From: Octopus vulgaris
Lineage: Eukaryota
DNA: 64,000 nt
NCBI GenBank assembly: GCA_951406725.2
Contig: OX597822.1
Span: 97,588,001 to 97,652,000 of the forward strand
Direction of reading: 5' to 3'
In this document: positions 1 through 10,572 of the stretch, piece by piece
How positions within the stretch are numbered: position 1 is the stretch's first letter
How the letters are laid out: every line of letters begins with the position of its first letter
Position numbers and translations under genes: made by a program
The notes under the pieces: model-generated
What the model was told of the DNA's origin: nothing
Databases searched by the model: none
Seen by the model: the letters and a program-made list of their open reading frames with translations, nothing else

Positions 1-1158
1 GCGTGCATCAACCTGGTGGTTGTAGTCGGCAATGAAGTATATTTGGAGGAAAGAAGACTGCTGAATCTCGTCCGGCAGAAGTGACCCAATAAGATGGTAG
101 ACCTGTCCCTGCACTTTGAAAGTAGGCATCCAGCCTTCTCTGGGAGGAATTTTGGCCCCGAAAGAGGTCATTTGGAATGAGCAGTTGTACTTTCGAATTA
201 TTTCAAGGAATTGTGACGAATCGGGGGTTAAACCCGCCGCGAGATCCTTCAGTGGTTGAGGTGGTTCCCGTAGGGGTGGCAGGTCCACTTTGCCACCAGA
301 GCAGCACAAACCAGGTGGCTCTCCGGGCCATTTCTTGGCTTTGCAAAACTGGCATACAATTGTCATTGACCCTATCTTGATGTCGTCACGCAAGGAGAAG
401 TTAATTGTGGCGTCGTAGTTGAATGCTAGTGACAACCAGAAAGCGGGGGCAGGGGTACGTACACCACGAATGATATCCCGACGTTTGTTGATACTCTCAA
501 GTCGAGTGCACCGTGCCTCAGCAGATTCAGATGCACGTGCGACAGCGGTAGCAGTGGCATCCCTTGAAAGCCTTTCAGCTCTCGCCTCAGCACCCTCTGA
601 AGCCCTAGCAGAAGCAGTGTTAATGGCATGTCTGGATGTCCGAATAGTCCGTTGGTGTGGAGTTTCGGCAGATCGAGCCCTGGCTGTGTTTGCGGCGTTA
701 GCAGCTTGGCGAGCTCTCCTCTGTTGAGGTGTTTCGACAGCTTTGGCCATGGCTTTGTTTGCGGCGTCAGCATCTTGGCGAGTTCTCCTCTGCTGTGAGG
801 TTTCGACAGATCGTGTCCTGGCAGTGCTAGTGGCGTTAGCCGCATTCCGAATGGCCCTTTGTTCGTGGTTCTCGCGAGCTCTGCGGATGGAAGCACAGTA
901 AGAAGCCCGCATGTTTTGGCTGGACTGTTGCTCTTTCGTCAACCTCGAGCGGAGGGAAGATCTGTACGCTGCGACCCTTGCAAGTCGGGTAGAACGGTCG
1001 CTAGTAGTTTCAGATGCCTGAGCAGCGGCATAATGGGAAGCTGTTTGCGAGAGGCGCAAGGCGGTTTCCTCGTGGGTCTCGCGTGCCCTTCTAGCCCTAG
1101 CAGCCGATGCCTTGGCCGTCCGAGGGCTGAGGAGGGTCCTTCTCTTCTTGGGTGGCAT
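1..1158 (-). CDS. Helitron Rep/helicase (RepHel) protein, N-terminal 386 aa, open to the window edge
   Basis: Hand translation from ATG 1158 has no stop to position 1. It reads MPPKKR, nine 23-aa ET/E-x-QR repeats, then MTIVCQFCKAKKWPGEPPGLCCSGGKV (C4 finger), IRKYNCSFQMTSFGA, FKVQGQVYHLIGSLLP, FLQIYF. These are canonical Helitron N-terminal motifs. Confidence 0.92.
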   Translation of the reverse strand, partial: MPPKKRRTLLSPRTAKASAARARRARETHEETALRLSQTASHYAAAQASETTSDRSTRLARVAAYRSSLRSRLTKEQQSSQNMRASYCASIRRARENHEQRAIRNAANATSTARTRSVETSQQRRTRQDADAANKAMAKAVETPQQRRARQAANAANTARARSAETPHQRTIRTSRHAINTASARASEGAEARAERLSRDATATAVARASESAEARCTRLESINKRRDIIRGVRTPAPAFWLSLAFNYDATINFSLRDDIKIGSMTIVCQFCKAKKWPGEPPGLCCSGGKVDLPPLREPPQPLKDLAAGLTPDSSQFLEIIRKYNCSFQMTSFGAKIPPREGWMPTFKVQGQVYHLIGSLLPDEIQQSSFLQIYFIADYNHQVDAR

Positions 1159-2300
1159 TTTGGTGGATAGCAATGTGTTTGGCAAAGGTGTAATAAAAAG
1201 GAACACGTGGGGTAAGTATTTTGGTGGATAGCAATGTGTTTGGTAAAGGTGTAATAAAAAGGAGCTCGTGGGGTAAGTATCCGAAAATGTATAAAAATGT
1301 ACAAAAACGGCCAAAAAGCTGGCAGCAATGTGAGTGACAACAACGAAAAAGTCAAAAGTGATCAAACTGAACAAACGAAAGGAAAAGTTTTTTGATGCAC
1401 ACGACAAAAGTGGTTTATAATAAACCAAGAGTTTGCAAGTAGCGTCCGAGAACCGTTAGGGTACGTCAAAAATTGAAGGTAAAACGTTTGGGGTGGTAGT
1501 TATAAAGAAAGTTTAAACCAAAAAAGTATTCGAATAACTTGCGGCTGCAGCAGCTATTAGCAGAAGTGGCGGTAAAGTCTCGAATGTAATTTCTTCCTGG
1601 TAGGAATTGGTTGGATCGAATTATCGATAGCTAAAAAGGTCAAGTTGCGTCCCCTAGACAGTCTGGTTTGTGTTTAATACACAAATTTGTTTGCTATGTG
1701 TGCCACATATGATTAAATTAACCGATTTTTTCCAATAATGTATCCTATTGGAATAAAAAGGGCTATATAGCTCCTTGGAGCAGACATGATACTCGTTGTG
1801 AAAAAAAAAAGATTCCTGCCAATTTGTGAAAGATATTGTCGAAAATATGTCATCTTGAATTTGAACGCGATTTCCCAAAATGGCATGATTTTATCGATTG
1901 TTTCTGATGGTAAGGTATTGCATGGAAAACTAACGTCAGAATTGAGTTTCTTAGGGTAACATTAAGCTTCACCATGAGTTTGGTGAAAATCGATTGCAAG
2001 TTGTGAAAACTACCATAGATAATGCGTTGCATAAAAAAAGCTTAGATTCTCGAGTTGCGTCCCCTAGACAGTCTGTGGTTCATGTTTATGATTCTCGACC
2101 CCATGTCGAATTTATCAATTTTTTTCAGAACTGGGGGAACTTTTCAAAATTTTCGCTGCGTTAGTTTTGAATTATGACATTGGGCTATGTGTGTGTCAAG
2201 TTTCATCAGAATCGGTTGAAAGCCGTGGTCAGGGTGAGGGTACAAGAAAACAGACACACAGAAGCACGCACAGACAAACTGCCGTTTATATATAGAGAGA
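1..2300 (-). mobile_element. Helitron, 5' portion of a probably autonomous element (3' part outside window)
   Basis: The minus strand begins A|TCTCTCTATATATAAACGGC at 2300 (Helitron 5'-TC after a target A), has a CCGATTCTGATGAAACTT subterminal motif, and leads into a RepHel-type ORF. Confidence 0.85.
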
Positions 2301-2344
2301 TATACATATATATATACATACATACATACATATATGTATATTTT

Positions 2345-2730
2345 TTTAAATACAAATAAATGAAAGAATGGAGTTGAACGACGAATTAACAAAACTCCTT
2401 TATTTTATTTTCGACATATGTTTCGAAGGCTGCATATTCCTAATTTCGAAGGAATAAAGGGTGCATTATGCCGCCTTCTCACCAGGAAAAGTAAGGAACT
2501 TATGTCAGCATCAAGATGCACAAAAAACTTTTAGATGACTGCCCACACGGAGCCCATAGCGATAATAAAATTTTTACCATAGCGGTAAAAAAACACAAAT
2601 TTCCACACGATAGCACGTGATCTCCACACGATAGCACGTGTAGCTTCAACCGTGTTTTTCTGACGTGAATTTGCTACCCAGGTATTGGTTAACCGAATTA
2701 TCCATAATAAGATAATTCATTCAACTACAC
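2345..2730 (-). mobile_element. Penelope-like element pseudo-LTR remnant (same family as 54180-54610)
   Basis: Close match to 54320-54475, plus the shared 'tail' sequence seen at 54180-54315; contains a hammerhead motif and sits between TA-rich tracts. Confidence 0.65.
2408..2490 (-). ncRNA. Type I hammerhead ribozyme, core-mutated copy (CUGGUGA)
   Basis: Minus strand: ttttc-CTGGTGA-gaaggc...gccttc-GAAA-catatg-TC-gaaaa. Helices I and II pair and helix III is palindromic, but CUGAUGA has an A>G change. Confidence 0.6.
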
Positions 2731-3248
2731 ATATGTATATGTATCTTTTATTTTTTACTATGTATGTATATATACATATATCGTGCCTGGCTGTTTATTT
2801 TAATTTTTAGTATATGCATTAGCATTTTGCTAAATCATCCACAAAAATTAATGTTAAAAATATATGCTGGCAGATGGAATTAGCTGACCATGAGCTATTC
2901 AAGGAGACACCACTGATGATGTCTACAGCATAGATGAACCAAGGCCTAATCTAGTTGATCCTCAAGGTGGTCATGGGGTGGCTCTTCTCCTGTCAGTATA
3001 TGTATTTATTTACACTCTCCTTACAGTATTTTAACTCTTATTTCTAGCAATGTAGGTGCTTTGACACCCTTAGTCACACTTAGTGATGACTGAATTTTTT
3101 TCTATATGGCATCACATTGAACCTGGCTGTTTTGACCAGGACAGCTTTGCAATCTGTATTTTACAAGAATTGTAGTTTTTATTATAACATTATCTTTAGC
3201 TGATTGATTGTTATTCTAATTGTTGATGCCTTAACATTTATATGTGTG

Positions 3249-3287
<39 letters not shown>

Positions 3288-3543
3288 CATCATCATCATC
3301 ATCATCATCATTTAGCGTCCGTTTTCCATGCTAGCATGGGTTGGACGGTTCAACTGGGGTCTGTGAAGCCGGAAGGCTGCATCAGGCCCAGTCAGATCTG
3401 GCAGTGTTTCTACGGCTGGATGCCCTTCCTAACACCAACCACTCCGTGAGTGTAGTGGGTGCATTTTACGTGCCACCCGCACAGGTGCCAGACGGAGCTG
3501 GCAAACGGCCACGAACGGATGGTGCTTTTACGTGCCACCGGCA
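3288..3543 (-). mobile_element. SINE-like repeat family C (GGTTGGCGTTAGGAAGGGCATCCAGC core, (GAT)n tail)
   Basis: Recurs at 4316-4700, 5260-5575, 19050-19230, 29559-29745, 45882-46172 and 46445-46782. Confidence 0.85.
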
Positions 3544-3619
3544 CCCTCCTCACCAACAACACCCTCCTCACCAAGCAAGCCTGGTGGGGTTGCCAGTTTA
3601 GTTGCCGACGACCCAGCCA

Positions 3620-4275
3620 TGGAACAGGTTGTATTGGATTACATGTTACCGGTAGCACTCATGAGCAACCTGACATAATTTTGAAAAGTAAATGGAGTTC
3701 TTTTACTCCAAACACAGATGTCCTTACATCTGCAGGCATCACCTCAATTAAAGCTATGATTTTGAGGACCAGTTGAGATGGTGTGGCTATATTGTTCGAA
3801 TGGCAGATGAATGCATTCTGAAACAGCTGTTTTATGGTGAGTTTGCAGAGGGGAATGCTATCGGTGTAAACCTAAACAAAGGTTTAAGGATGGTATAAGG
3901 ACTACTATGAAGTCACTTGGAATAGTTCCAGAAGATATAGAAACCATTGCTTCAGATCGAGTTGGATGGCAAACAAAGGTGTGGAGTGGATTAAAAGCAT
4001 TTGATGAGGGCAAGATAACACAAGTAAGACAAAAAAGAGATCTACGGAAGCATGTAACAATCGAGAAGGTGAATGACAATGACCTTTTTGTGTACACAGT
4101 CTGTGACAGACCATACATGTCTTTGGCTGGTCTCAAATCTCATCTGCGAATGCATGGAAAATGAACCTCCACCAACTATTCTGACTGTATGTCTGTGCAC
4201 ACCTTTGAATGCAGTGTATGCCAGAAGCATTGCAAATCCAACGGAGGCCTTAAAAGACATATTAAGATACACATT
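3620..4275 (+). mobile_element. RTE-clade LINE 3' fragment with two C2H2 zinc fingers, degenerate
   Basis: Translates to RW.G.IVRM...LKQLFYGE...KPKQRFKD...ASDRVGW, then CDRPYMSLAGLKSHLRMH and CSVCQKHCKSNGGLKRHIKIH; stops and frameshifts are present. Confidence 0.75.
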
Positions 4276-4315
4276 GTCATCAATCAAAGTCTCTATGCAT
4301 TTATATACTACATCA

Positions 4316-4700
4316 TCGCCTGGCCCCCGTGCCGGTGGCACGTAAAATCACCATCCGCTTGTGTCCGTTGCCAGCCTGGCCTGGCCCCCGTGCCGGTGGC
4401 ATGTAAAAGCACCATCCGTTCGTGTCCGTTGCCAGCCTCGCCTGGCCCCCGTGCTGGTGGCACGTAAAAGCACCATCCGTTCGTGGGCGTTTGCCAGCTC
4501 CGTCTGGCACCTGTGCGGGTGGCACGTAAAAAGCACCCACTACACTCAAGGAGTGGTTGGCGTTAGGAAGGGCATCCAGCCATAGAAACACTGCCAGATC
4601 AGACTGGGCCTGATGCAGCCTTCTGGCTTCACAGACCCCAGTTGAACCGTCCAACCCATGCAAGCATGGAAAGCGGACGCTAAATGGTGATGATGATGAT
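4316..4700 (+). mobile_element. SINE-like family C copy with internal ~61-bp tandem units
   Basis: About 3.5 units of ctggcccccgtgccggtggcacgtaaaagcaccatccg... followed by the family C core and a (GAT)n tail. Confidence 0.85.
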
Positions 4701-4715
4701 CATCATCATCATCAT

Positions 4716-6790
4716 CCAAATTACATTTATTTTTAAATTTACGTTTTGCTTTATCTCTGCATATACAATTAATTATATTCTGGTCTCTATTATTATTGCA
4801 ATAATTATTTAATTTTTTAATGTAAAACTTATTCAGCTTAAATCTATTAAAAGAAGAAATGATGTTACTACCATCATTAGTAGTAGAATAACCAACTCCA
4901 AAATCATTACTAGAAAATTATTTCTAGAAAATTTATAATGAATACTTCAATTAGTTTTAATATCTGTTTAATAATGTTTGTTTTAACTTGAGCCCCATAA
5001 GGAATAATTAACCAGATTTTGTTCTTATTATTAACGATATTGTTATTTATTATATTATTATATTTATTATTATCATTAAACAAATTGCATTTATTCTTAC
5101 CTTTTAGTCTATTATTATATTTATTTTTTGTATTATCATAATACCTATTATTAAAACCATAATTAACTATATAAAACTTATAATTCTTAATATTAGGTTT
5201 ATTATTATAAATATCATAGGAATCATTTATATAATCTTTTATATTATAATTATAATTGATCATCATTGTTTAATGTCCGTTTTCCATGCTAGCATGGGTT
5301 GGACAGGTTGACCGGGGTCTGGGAAGCCAGGAGGCTGCACCAGGCTCCAGTCTGATCTGGCAGTGTTTCTACAGCTGGATGTCCTTCCTAATGCCAACCA
5401 CTCCGTGAATATAGTGGGTGCTTTTTATGTGCCACTGGCACAGGTGCCAAGGGAGGCTGGCAACTGCCACAATCAGTTGGTGCTTTTTACATGTCACTGG
5501 CACAGAAGCTAGTTTAGGCAGTGCTGGCATCGGCCACATTCGGATGGTGCTTCTTACGTGCCACCTGCACGGGTATCACAACTACAATTTCCATTTTCTT
5601 TTTATTTTGATGTTGATATACTTGAGTTAATAGGTCTTCTCAAGCACAGCAGGTCACCCTACAATCCAAGGTAAGCACGTCAGGCCGTCCTGTGATCCAA
5701 GGTACTTTGGATGGGCTGGGGCTGCTATGTGAAGCTGGTGCGGGGAAACAGCCATGAACTCACATAGTTTGTTGGGTCTTTGCATTCACAGCATATCTCC
5801 AGAGGTCTTGGTCTTTCGTCATTGCCTCTGTGAGGCCCAACGTTTGGAGGTCATACTTGACCACCTCATCTCATGTCTTCCTGGGTCTACCTCTATCCTG
5901 GATTCCTTCAACTGTTTGGGAGTGGCACTTCTTCACACATCTCTCCACATCCATCCATAGTACATGACCATACCAGCGCAAATATCTTTCTTGCACGCCA
6001 TATCCGATGCTTGTTAAGTCCAACATTTCTCTCAGAGTGCTTTGCACACATGGGTCGTACAATCTACCTTTCACTCTGAGGAAGAGATCCTTTGTCACCA
6101 GTAGTGGGTAGATGCTTTCTAAACTTTGCCCAGGCTATTCTTATTCTAGTGGTAACAATCTCTGAGTATCCACCTCCGCAACTAACTTGGTCACCTAGGT
6201 ACCGGAAGCTATCAACTACTTCTACTTTCTCCCCCTGGAGTGTGATGGAATCGGTTTTCTGAGTGTCTGTGGTGTCTATTGCCCCTGTGCATCTGCTGCA
6301 CACGAAAGCTATCTTCTCAGTTAATTTTCCTTTGATGTTGCTGCACCTCTTATGCATCCATAGCTTACACTAGGTACATCTTATGGAGTTTCTACCTACA
6401 CCTTTTCTACAGATTAAGCAGGGTTATCTGCTCGAGGTGGTGTGTGATGAGTTCGCTTTCCTACTTACTAGAACTTTGGTCTTTGCAACATTGACTCTAA
6501 GGCCTTTTGATTACAATTATTGAAGATTTTAAAACGATTATTATATCCCGCCGCCTCCTGCAAGGCTTCATTATAGTAAGGTGCATGTTTTTGGAAAATC
6601 TCAAAATTAGAAGGAAGCATCGATATTCTTTTACCTATATTATCTATCAACAATATCTTAATTGAGGGTGGGTGATTACTATTAGCATTGATATATCTGA
6701 GGTTTTCATTAATTTTATGGAATGATTGAGTTTTACCTGTTATTAAATTAAAATTAGCATCTAAATAATTAACATTATAGTTCTCTTCAG
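4716..6790 (-). mobile_element. Penelope-like element, inverted RT-thumb/linker segment, interrupted by SINE and RTE insertions at ~5260-6505
   Basis: Minus translation gives NYLDANFNL...YINANSNHPPSI...KRISML...YNEAL..AGY (6790-6540), KIWLIIPYG.QVKTNI (5030-4960) and a CICR...KC knuckle (4770-4720). Confidence 0.8.
5730..6505 (-). mobile_element. RTE-like LINE RT C-terminal fragment with Cys/His finger
   Basis: CLICRKGVGRNSIRC..CKLWMHKRCS...FVCSRC, EVVDSFRYLGD, RIRIAWAKFR, LRWYGHV, GRPRKT; degenerate. Confidence 0.75.
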
Positions 6791-7915
6791 TGACTTTGAT
6801 TCATCATAATATTAGTAGGAATAGTTATAATTTTAATGTGATTTACGTGGGGTCAACTTCTAATAAAATTAAATTAAGGGTAGCTCTACACATGCATTCG
6901 TTTAAGAATAAAACACTGATTAATTCAACTGGCCTTAACAAATATATATAGGAATTGAAATCTAAAGGAATTAAATATAATTTAAATTGGGAGATATTGT
7001 AAAGCTAAATTTTATCGAATAGGTAATAATTTTTATTTACTATGTACAAATGAATTTATGGAGATATTACTATCTACTAATAAAAAATTGATTAATTCCA
7101 AGATGAGAGAAAAATTAAATGTAGACATTGGTTAAATTACTTATATAATAAGTTTAGTTAATTTGTGTATATATATAAACCCTGATTTATGTTACAAATT
7201 TATGTAGTTATAATTTGTTGTAGTATAATGAGAATATATTAGCCGTAGATTATGTAGTATATGAGCATAACTAGAATAAGATTAAACCAAGGTGTGTATA
7301 AAATAAATAAATAAATTGATGAATATATATTGATTTATCGAAATTTAGTTTATTTTATGTATAGTGTTTTAGTTTTAGATTATTGAGAATTTTGAATTTT
7401 CCCCAGTAAATGGTATATTACATCAAGTTTATTTATTATTTTCACTGCTAAAATACATATTTCTATTTATTTATTCTATAGTTATTATTTACGTCATATT
7501 TTCACGTGATAAATTTCTTAGCAACGCTAGGTTCTGAGTTTAATGTTTAAAATTTCAGTTAACTGGTATTATTCAATAAGATGAGTTACAATTTTCTTTT
7601 TCTTTAATATTGTTACATTTCAGTTGATTATTTATTGATATGATACGTATATTTCTATATTTATTTATTAATTATTATATGTTAAGATACATTTATTTTA
7701 TTCTTTTAGACCTGAAGAGTGGCTATATTTTTAAATCAAATTAATGTTAATATTATCGATTTTATAATCGATTTAAAGATATAGTCACGAAACGCACGTA
7801 GTCAATTTAATGTTTATTTAATTTAGTGATTTTTAGAAAAATATTTATTATAATATATTACAATTTTTTCTATATGGTTTAATATAGATAATATCTTTCA
7901 CTATCAATTGAATTC
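6790..7915 (+). mobile_element. Penelope-like element 3' part: GIY-YIG endonuclease remnant, 3' region and pseudo-LTR
   Basis: The frame from 6790 reads VTL...IYVGSTSNKIKLRVALHMHSFKNK...TGLNKYI*ELK...YNLNWEI (YIG motif and conserved R, H); a hammerhead lies at 7709-7803. Confidence 0.75.
7709..7803 (+). ncRNA. Type I hammerhead ribozyme with long helix II
   Basis: gac-CTGAAGA-gtggctatat...atatagtcac-GAAA-cgcacg-TA-gtc; the catalytic core is intact with a GUA cleavage triplet. Confidence 0.75.
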
Positions 7916-8541
7916 TACAGCTGAATAGCCTTCCTAACACCAGTCAGACGGTACTGGCATTGGCCATGCTCGAATGGCGCTTCTTTTATGTGCCACTGGC
8001 ACAGTAGCCAGTCAGTGGCCATGGCAACGATCACGCTCAAATGCTTTTTTTAACGTTCCACTGGCATGGATGCCAATCAGGTGGTGCTGTTATTGGCCAC
8101 AACAACGATTTCACTTGCCTCAACAGGTGTTTGCAAGCATAGTTTATTGTCCAATGATTGAAAGGTACTTTTAAATGGGCTGGTTATACAGCACTGGCAT
8201 AGTTTGCATTATTTTGTTTTGTTCAGCACTGGCATAGTCTGCATTATTTTGTTTTGTTCTGGGTTTGGTGTTCTTATAATTGTATGCTGAGGCAGTTCAT
8301 CATTGGGGCACATTTCTTCCTGTGTGGAGTTTGTTTGCTGTGTGTGTTCAGTTTTCATGTTCATGAAAGGGGCTATCCTGGTGGGATTACTGTTGCAGAT
8401 GATGGCTCTTCTTTGAAGTACCTGAGTGTAAAATATTGCTTGTGTATGCAGGGAGAGAGGGTTTCATCCCTAATAGTTAGGATATTATCTGTTGATTGTA
8501 TAATGTTTAGTTTTTATACATATGTGTGTATATAAAATGTA

Positions 8542-8597
<56 letters not shown>

Positions 8598-8748
8598 TGT
8601 ATACGTATACATACATACATATATATATATTCAAAACGTACATATGTATATATATATTCAAAATATACATTGAAAATGTGGCTGCGTGTGCACCGTTGGC
8701 GATTTTTTCCCCTCTGTCTTCCCTTCTTTGGATCTTTCCTTTTCCTAT

Positions 8749-8783
8749 GTTTCTGATGAAGAGCTCTGCTCGAAACGTTAAAC
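8749..8783 (+). ncRNA. Minimal hammerhead-like motif in a Penelope-like pseudo-LTR remnant (~8680-8875)
   Basis: gttt-CTGATGA-a-gagc-tct-gctc-GAAA-cgtt-aaac, with an extra A after the core; flanked by (TA)n on both sides. Confidence 0.55.
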
Positions 8784-8886
8784 CCTCCTTCTTTCCTGAG
8801 CGTCCAATAATACTATACTTGTTCCACGTCCTCGCGTTGTTGTGTTTTCTCTTTGTGTTTTCATGTTTGGATAACTATATATATAC

Positions 8887-8954
<68 letters not shown>

Positions 8955-9025
8955 GTATGTATATATAACTTTGACAGGTTTCAGCCAGTATAGGCCCAAG
9001 TCATGTCTAACTCAATGATAGATAC

Positions 9026-9069
<44 letters not shown>

Positions 9070-9111
9070 GCACACTCACATACACATGATTTTTCTCTTG
9101 TTTATTTTCAG

Positions 9112-9282
9112 GAAGACCTTTTAGAAGAACTGAAGGAGAAGACAGCAGAAGCTAGTCAACAGAAAGCTTTCTTAGACAACTTATTGTCTGCAGTTGTAAA
9201 GCATGCTCCATGGCTTCTTGACGATGTCGATGCTGATTTAGAGAGTATGGCAATGATGTCTCATGGAGAGCAGTGGTGTTAG
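9112..9282 (+). CDS. Terminal coding exon of a coiled-coil protein with a Rab11-FIP RBD-like C-terminus (upstream exons outside window)
   Basis: A strong acceptor (ttttctcttgtttattttcAG) is followed by EDLLEELKEKTAEASQQKAFLDNLLSAVVKHAPWLLDDVDADLESMAMMSHGEQWC*. The h-D-N-L-L-x-x-V-h-x-x-x-P-x-L-L pattern resembles FIP-RBD. Confidence 0.75.
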   Translation, partial: EDLLEELKEKTAEASQQKAFLDNLLSAVVKHAPWLLDDVDADLESMAMMSHGEQWC

Positions 9283-9448
9283 GGAATTTCGCTCTGATGT
9301 CCTTCACAAAGACATCATAATTATGTTCTTAGTTTTATTTCTGTGACTTACTAACGTTTAAAAAAATTTTTTTTTTAAATTAATTGGATATTTCTACCTG
9401 AGTGTAGGGAGGGAATATAAAACCTTAGGAGGAAGGGTGAAAAGTAAA

Positions 9449-9499
<51 letters not shown>

Positions 9500-10475
9500 G
9501 ATACAAGTGACTATAAGAATGAAGATTCAGTTCTTTGGTGTATTTTTAATACTATATGTTTTAAAGTTTACAGTAGAATAATTATTCTTATTTTTATTTT
9601 ATACATACTCATAAACTCACACACATGCATACATAAATACACAACACACTCACACACATACACTGACATACACATACAGCAACATGCATTTGAATCTCAT
9701 CACATCTCTCTAACCTTAAATCTTCAAACTGGATTCCTTTTCCATACCAATCTTAAATTACTATTTTTCAACAACATGAAACCTAGTTGTTTAGTCCCTG
9801 TGCAGTCATGATTTCACATATAATCAAAAGCATTCCACCCATGGCCAGCTGGTTTTTCATACCAAGGATAGCACTGTCCATTTGTTTTTCTTTTGGTTTC
9901 AATGAAGATTGCTATTTCTTGCAATTCAGATTAAAGCCTAATTCTCAAACCACTTAATTAAATATTCCCAGTTTCTCAGATTCTCTGAGGTCCTTAATGA
10001 GAGTTACAGCAGAAGAAACTTACCCAAGGTCCCCATGCAATGTGCCTGTACTTGAAACTGTATGATTGGGGAGGTGAACTTCTCAACCATGCATCCATAC
10101 GTACACCTGTGCATCCATACCTACAGTTACCCAGCCATGCCTGTATTACTCCAACACACATGCAGCATGCATGCATGTGCTTCTAAAATAATATGTACAC
10201 TCATGTATAAACATGTTGTATACACACACACACACAAGTGAGTGAACAAACAAAAGAAAGTGGAACCCAACTTATTTGGTGGGAGTTACATAGTTATAGT
10301 ATAGTTAATATCAGTTTGATTTGGCTCCTTGCAATTTAAAGTTTTGTAGGATCATCAAATAATCCTTACTTATCAAGCATAGGTGACTGAATGGAGAGGA
10401 AGTTCAAGATGGTTGCAGGAGATTGGGCTGCTATTGGCCAAGGCAGGTTTGATGGTGTTGTTGATATTAGTATTA

Positions 10476-10520
<45 letters not shown>

Positions 10521-10528
10521 TATTATTA

Positions 10529-10572
<44 letters not shown>

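Noticed and set aside
177-1355. Track ORFs 177-380, 419-727, 426-896, 859-1170 and 939-1355
   Set aside because: They are alternative-frame or antisense shadows of the Helitron ORF at 1158-1.
4080-4275. Host C2H2 zinc-finger gene
   Set aside because: The fingers directly follow a broken RTE RT C-terminus and are part of the LINE.
8215-8520. Possible upstream exon of the + strand gene
   Set aside because: No convincing splice-site pair or coiled-coil-like translation.
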